Under the pieces are notes generated by a model that saw nothing but the letters and a program-made list of their open reading frames with translations, did not search any database and had not been told where the DNA came from. Source: Octopus sinensis (Eukaryota). From it: a stretch of DNA of 64,000 bases. The DNA lies in NCBI RefSeq assembly GCF_006345805.1, contig NC_042997.1:38874001-38938000 (forward strand), written 5' to 3'. The stretch's first letter is position 1; each line of letters begins with the position of its first letter. Both the position numbers and the translations under genes were made by a program. This document shows positions 61,948 through 64,000 of this stretch, one piece after another.

Positions 61948-63744
61948 ATACTCTGGGTCAAGTCTGTATGTATGTATTGGATATTATATTTCTATCATGT
62001 TCCACGTACTTTGTATCTGACTATCGAATAATAGTTTGTTGATACACCTACTAATACACCTACTAATACACCTAGTATTATAAACCGATACTGATATAGA
62101 TTATGTCTTAATCTATTTGTTAAATTTTTCACTGCGCTATTTTCTGCAAATATATATTTTTAACCCTTTGCAGTTTATAGGTCTTATTAGCTTTGTATCT
62201 TATTCTTTATATTTTTTCTATGTAACTATAATTATTTTGTCATTTTCTAAAATTAAATTATCATAATAATTCTGCTGGGGCTTCATTGCGGTAATATAAC
62301 ATTACACTTAATACTTTCTCTTTACCCTTCTACTTTTATTATTATATTCTCAGATGAATTTTAAATGATTCATTTAATTAATCCACACAAAAATGTTTTC
62401 CCATTTTTATTTTTTTGTCTTTACCCTGCTGCTATAAGTAACGATATTCTGATGTGTTCGTTACGTCATTTTTATCATATTTTTGCTGTTTTCTTTATCA
62501 GTAATGTTCGATCTCATCTCACTTACTTTGATAACTGTGTTAGTTAATTTCGATATTCTCTTAATTGTAGATCATAGGAATTTATCAACGTTTCTTATAT
62601 TTATATTTGTATTTTGACGAAACAAATTAAATTATATCAATTTGGCTAACCGTTTTTGTAATGAAACTCTGAGAATAGATATTATAAGACTCTAATTTAA
62701 ATATATAGAAGAAATTGTAAATGGATTTAGCAACGTGTTCTCTAGGATTTTAGCAACAATGTCTGCTCTTAGATTATCAACAACGAAGCCAGCACCACCA
62801 CTACCGGGCTAGTTTGGTGAAGAAGGTTAATAGAAACTTAGTAAGATAATAAAAAGACTTGGTGAGTGAATGGGTGTGCCAAGAAAAAGGTCGTCAGTTC
62901 ATCATTGATTATCAGGCTGCAGTGCGGGAGGACATAAAAATGCATGAGATAATAAACAAGTTCGCTGTATGACCAGTGAAACTGATTGCTAGACGTAAGA
63001 TTTTAATTGTTGTGAAAGCAGTGTCTCTTGGAGAAGGTCACACCGAATTAAAGTCTGAGAAGTCAAGTCAGTATAATGTAATCTTTTATCTCCAACTATA
63101 TGTAACACCCAACGACCTTCAGTATTTTCTTTAGTTTTTATTGATTTTACTCAAAGCCAAGTATGGCAGTGCGATGGCATTCAAGCTATATCTCCTTTTT
63201 ATACCTGATATCTTAGACCTTGTCTATGCACAAGTGTTGTTGTTGTTTCTTAGTGGAGTTGCTTCGCGGTTCGTTAACAAGCAACTGTCATACGAATTAG
63301 TGAGTCTCGAAAAAGTGCCTCAACACGTTCGGATGATACTGCTTTTATAGATGCTTCTCGTGCGCATTGGCATGGTTTGTCCATTTGCTCTCCTAACACT
63401 ATTCACATGGGCGTGCAGGGTCGGGCCACAAGAACCTACACGTGTCGCGTTGTTGTGTGGTTTGTGTGGCCGGTAGCATGTGTTGTCAGGATGGTGCATA
63501 CTAGAGGTTTTCACTGCATAATACATGTCCGTTATTGCAGACAGTGCCTCTCACTTGCTTCTCACATATGCGTTTTCCATCCCTCTATAATCAGGACTAT
63601 CGAGTGCCCAGAGCGGTTAATTCATATGCATATGGTATTTTCATGTGCATGAATATATGGGTAAACACACTGCTTAGTTTTTTACATGGTATGTGTTTTT
63701 GTTTAAAAACATGTGCAAGCACATGACACAAAAATAGACTAAAG

Positions 63745-64000
<256 letters not shown>

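Overview
AT-rich, microsatellite-dense animal genomic DNA. The tRNA-derived SINE families look like octopus repeats; this is inferred from recalled family motifs, not from a database search. There is no intact long gene, and most of the ORF track is simple-repeat artefact. The window holds decayed R4/Dong, CR1, RTE, Tx1 and Penelope-like (GIY-YIG) retroelements, Tc1 and maT/mariner transposons, MITEs, two Helitrons, five SINE families, a ~1.6-1.9 kb tandem triplication and one plausible host exon (37045-37307). The main observation is the ~490-bp tandem array at 47447-50715. Each monomer carries a type I hammerhead ribozyme (7 copies), and the monomer folds extensively on the ribozyme strand only, via G-U pairs. 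The array flips head-to-head at 49772 and both ends run into TA-rich repeats, the profile of a retrozyme-like, possibly circRNA-forming retroelement. Three further small hammerhead or hammerhead-like element families (55761-56191; 33066/51705; 23641/25177/26763) and two GIY-YIG Penelope fragments suggest a ribozyme/Penelope system that inserts into (TA)n. All structures were folded by eye and none is tested.
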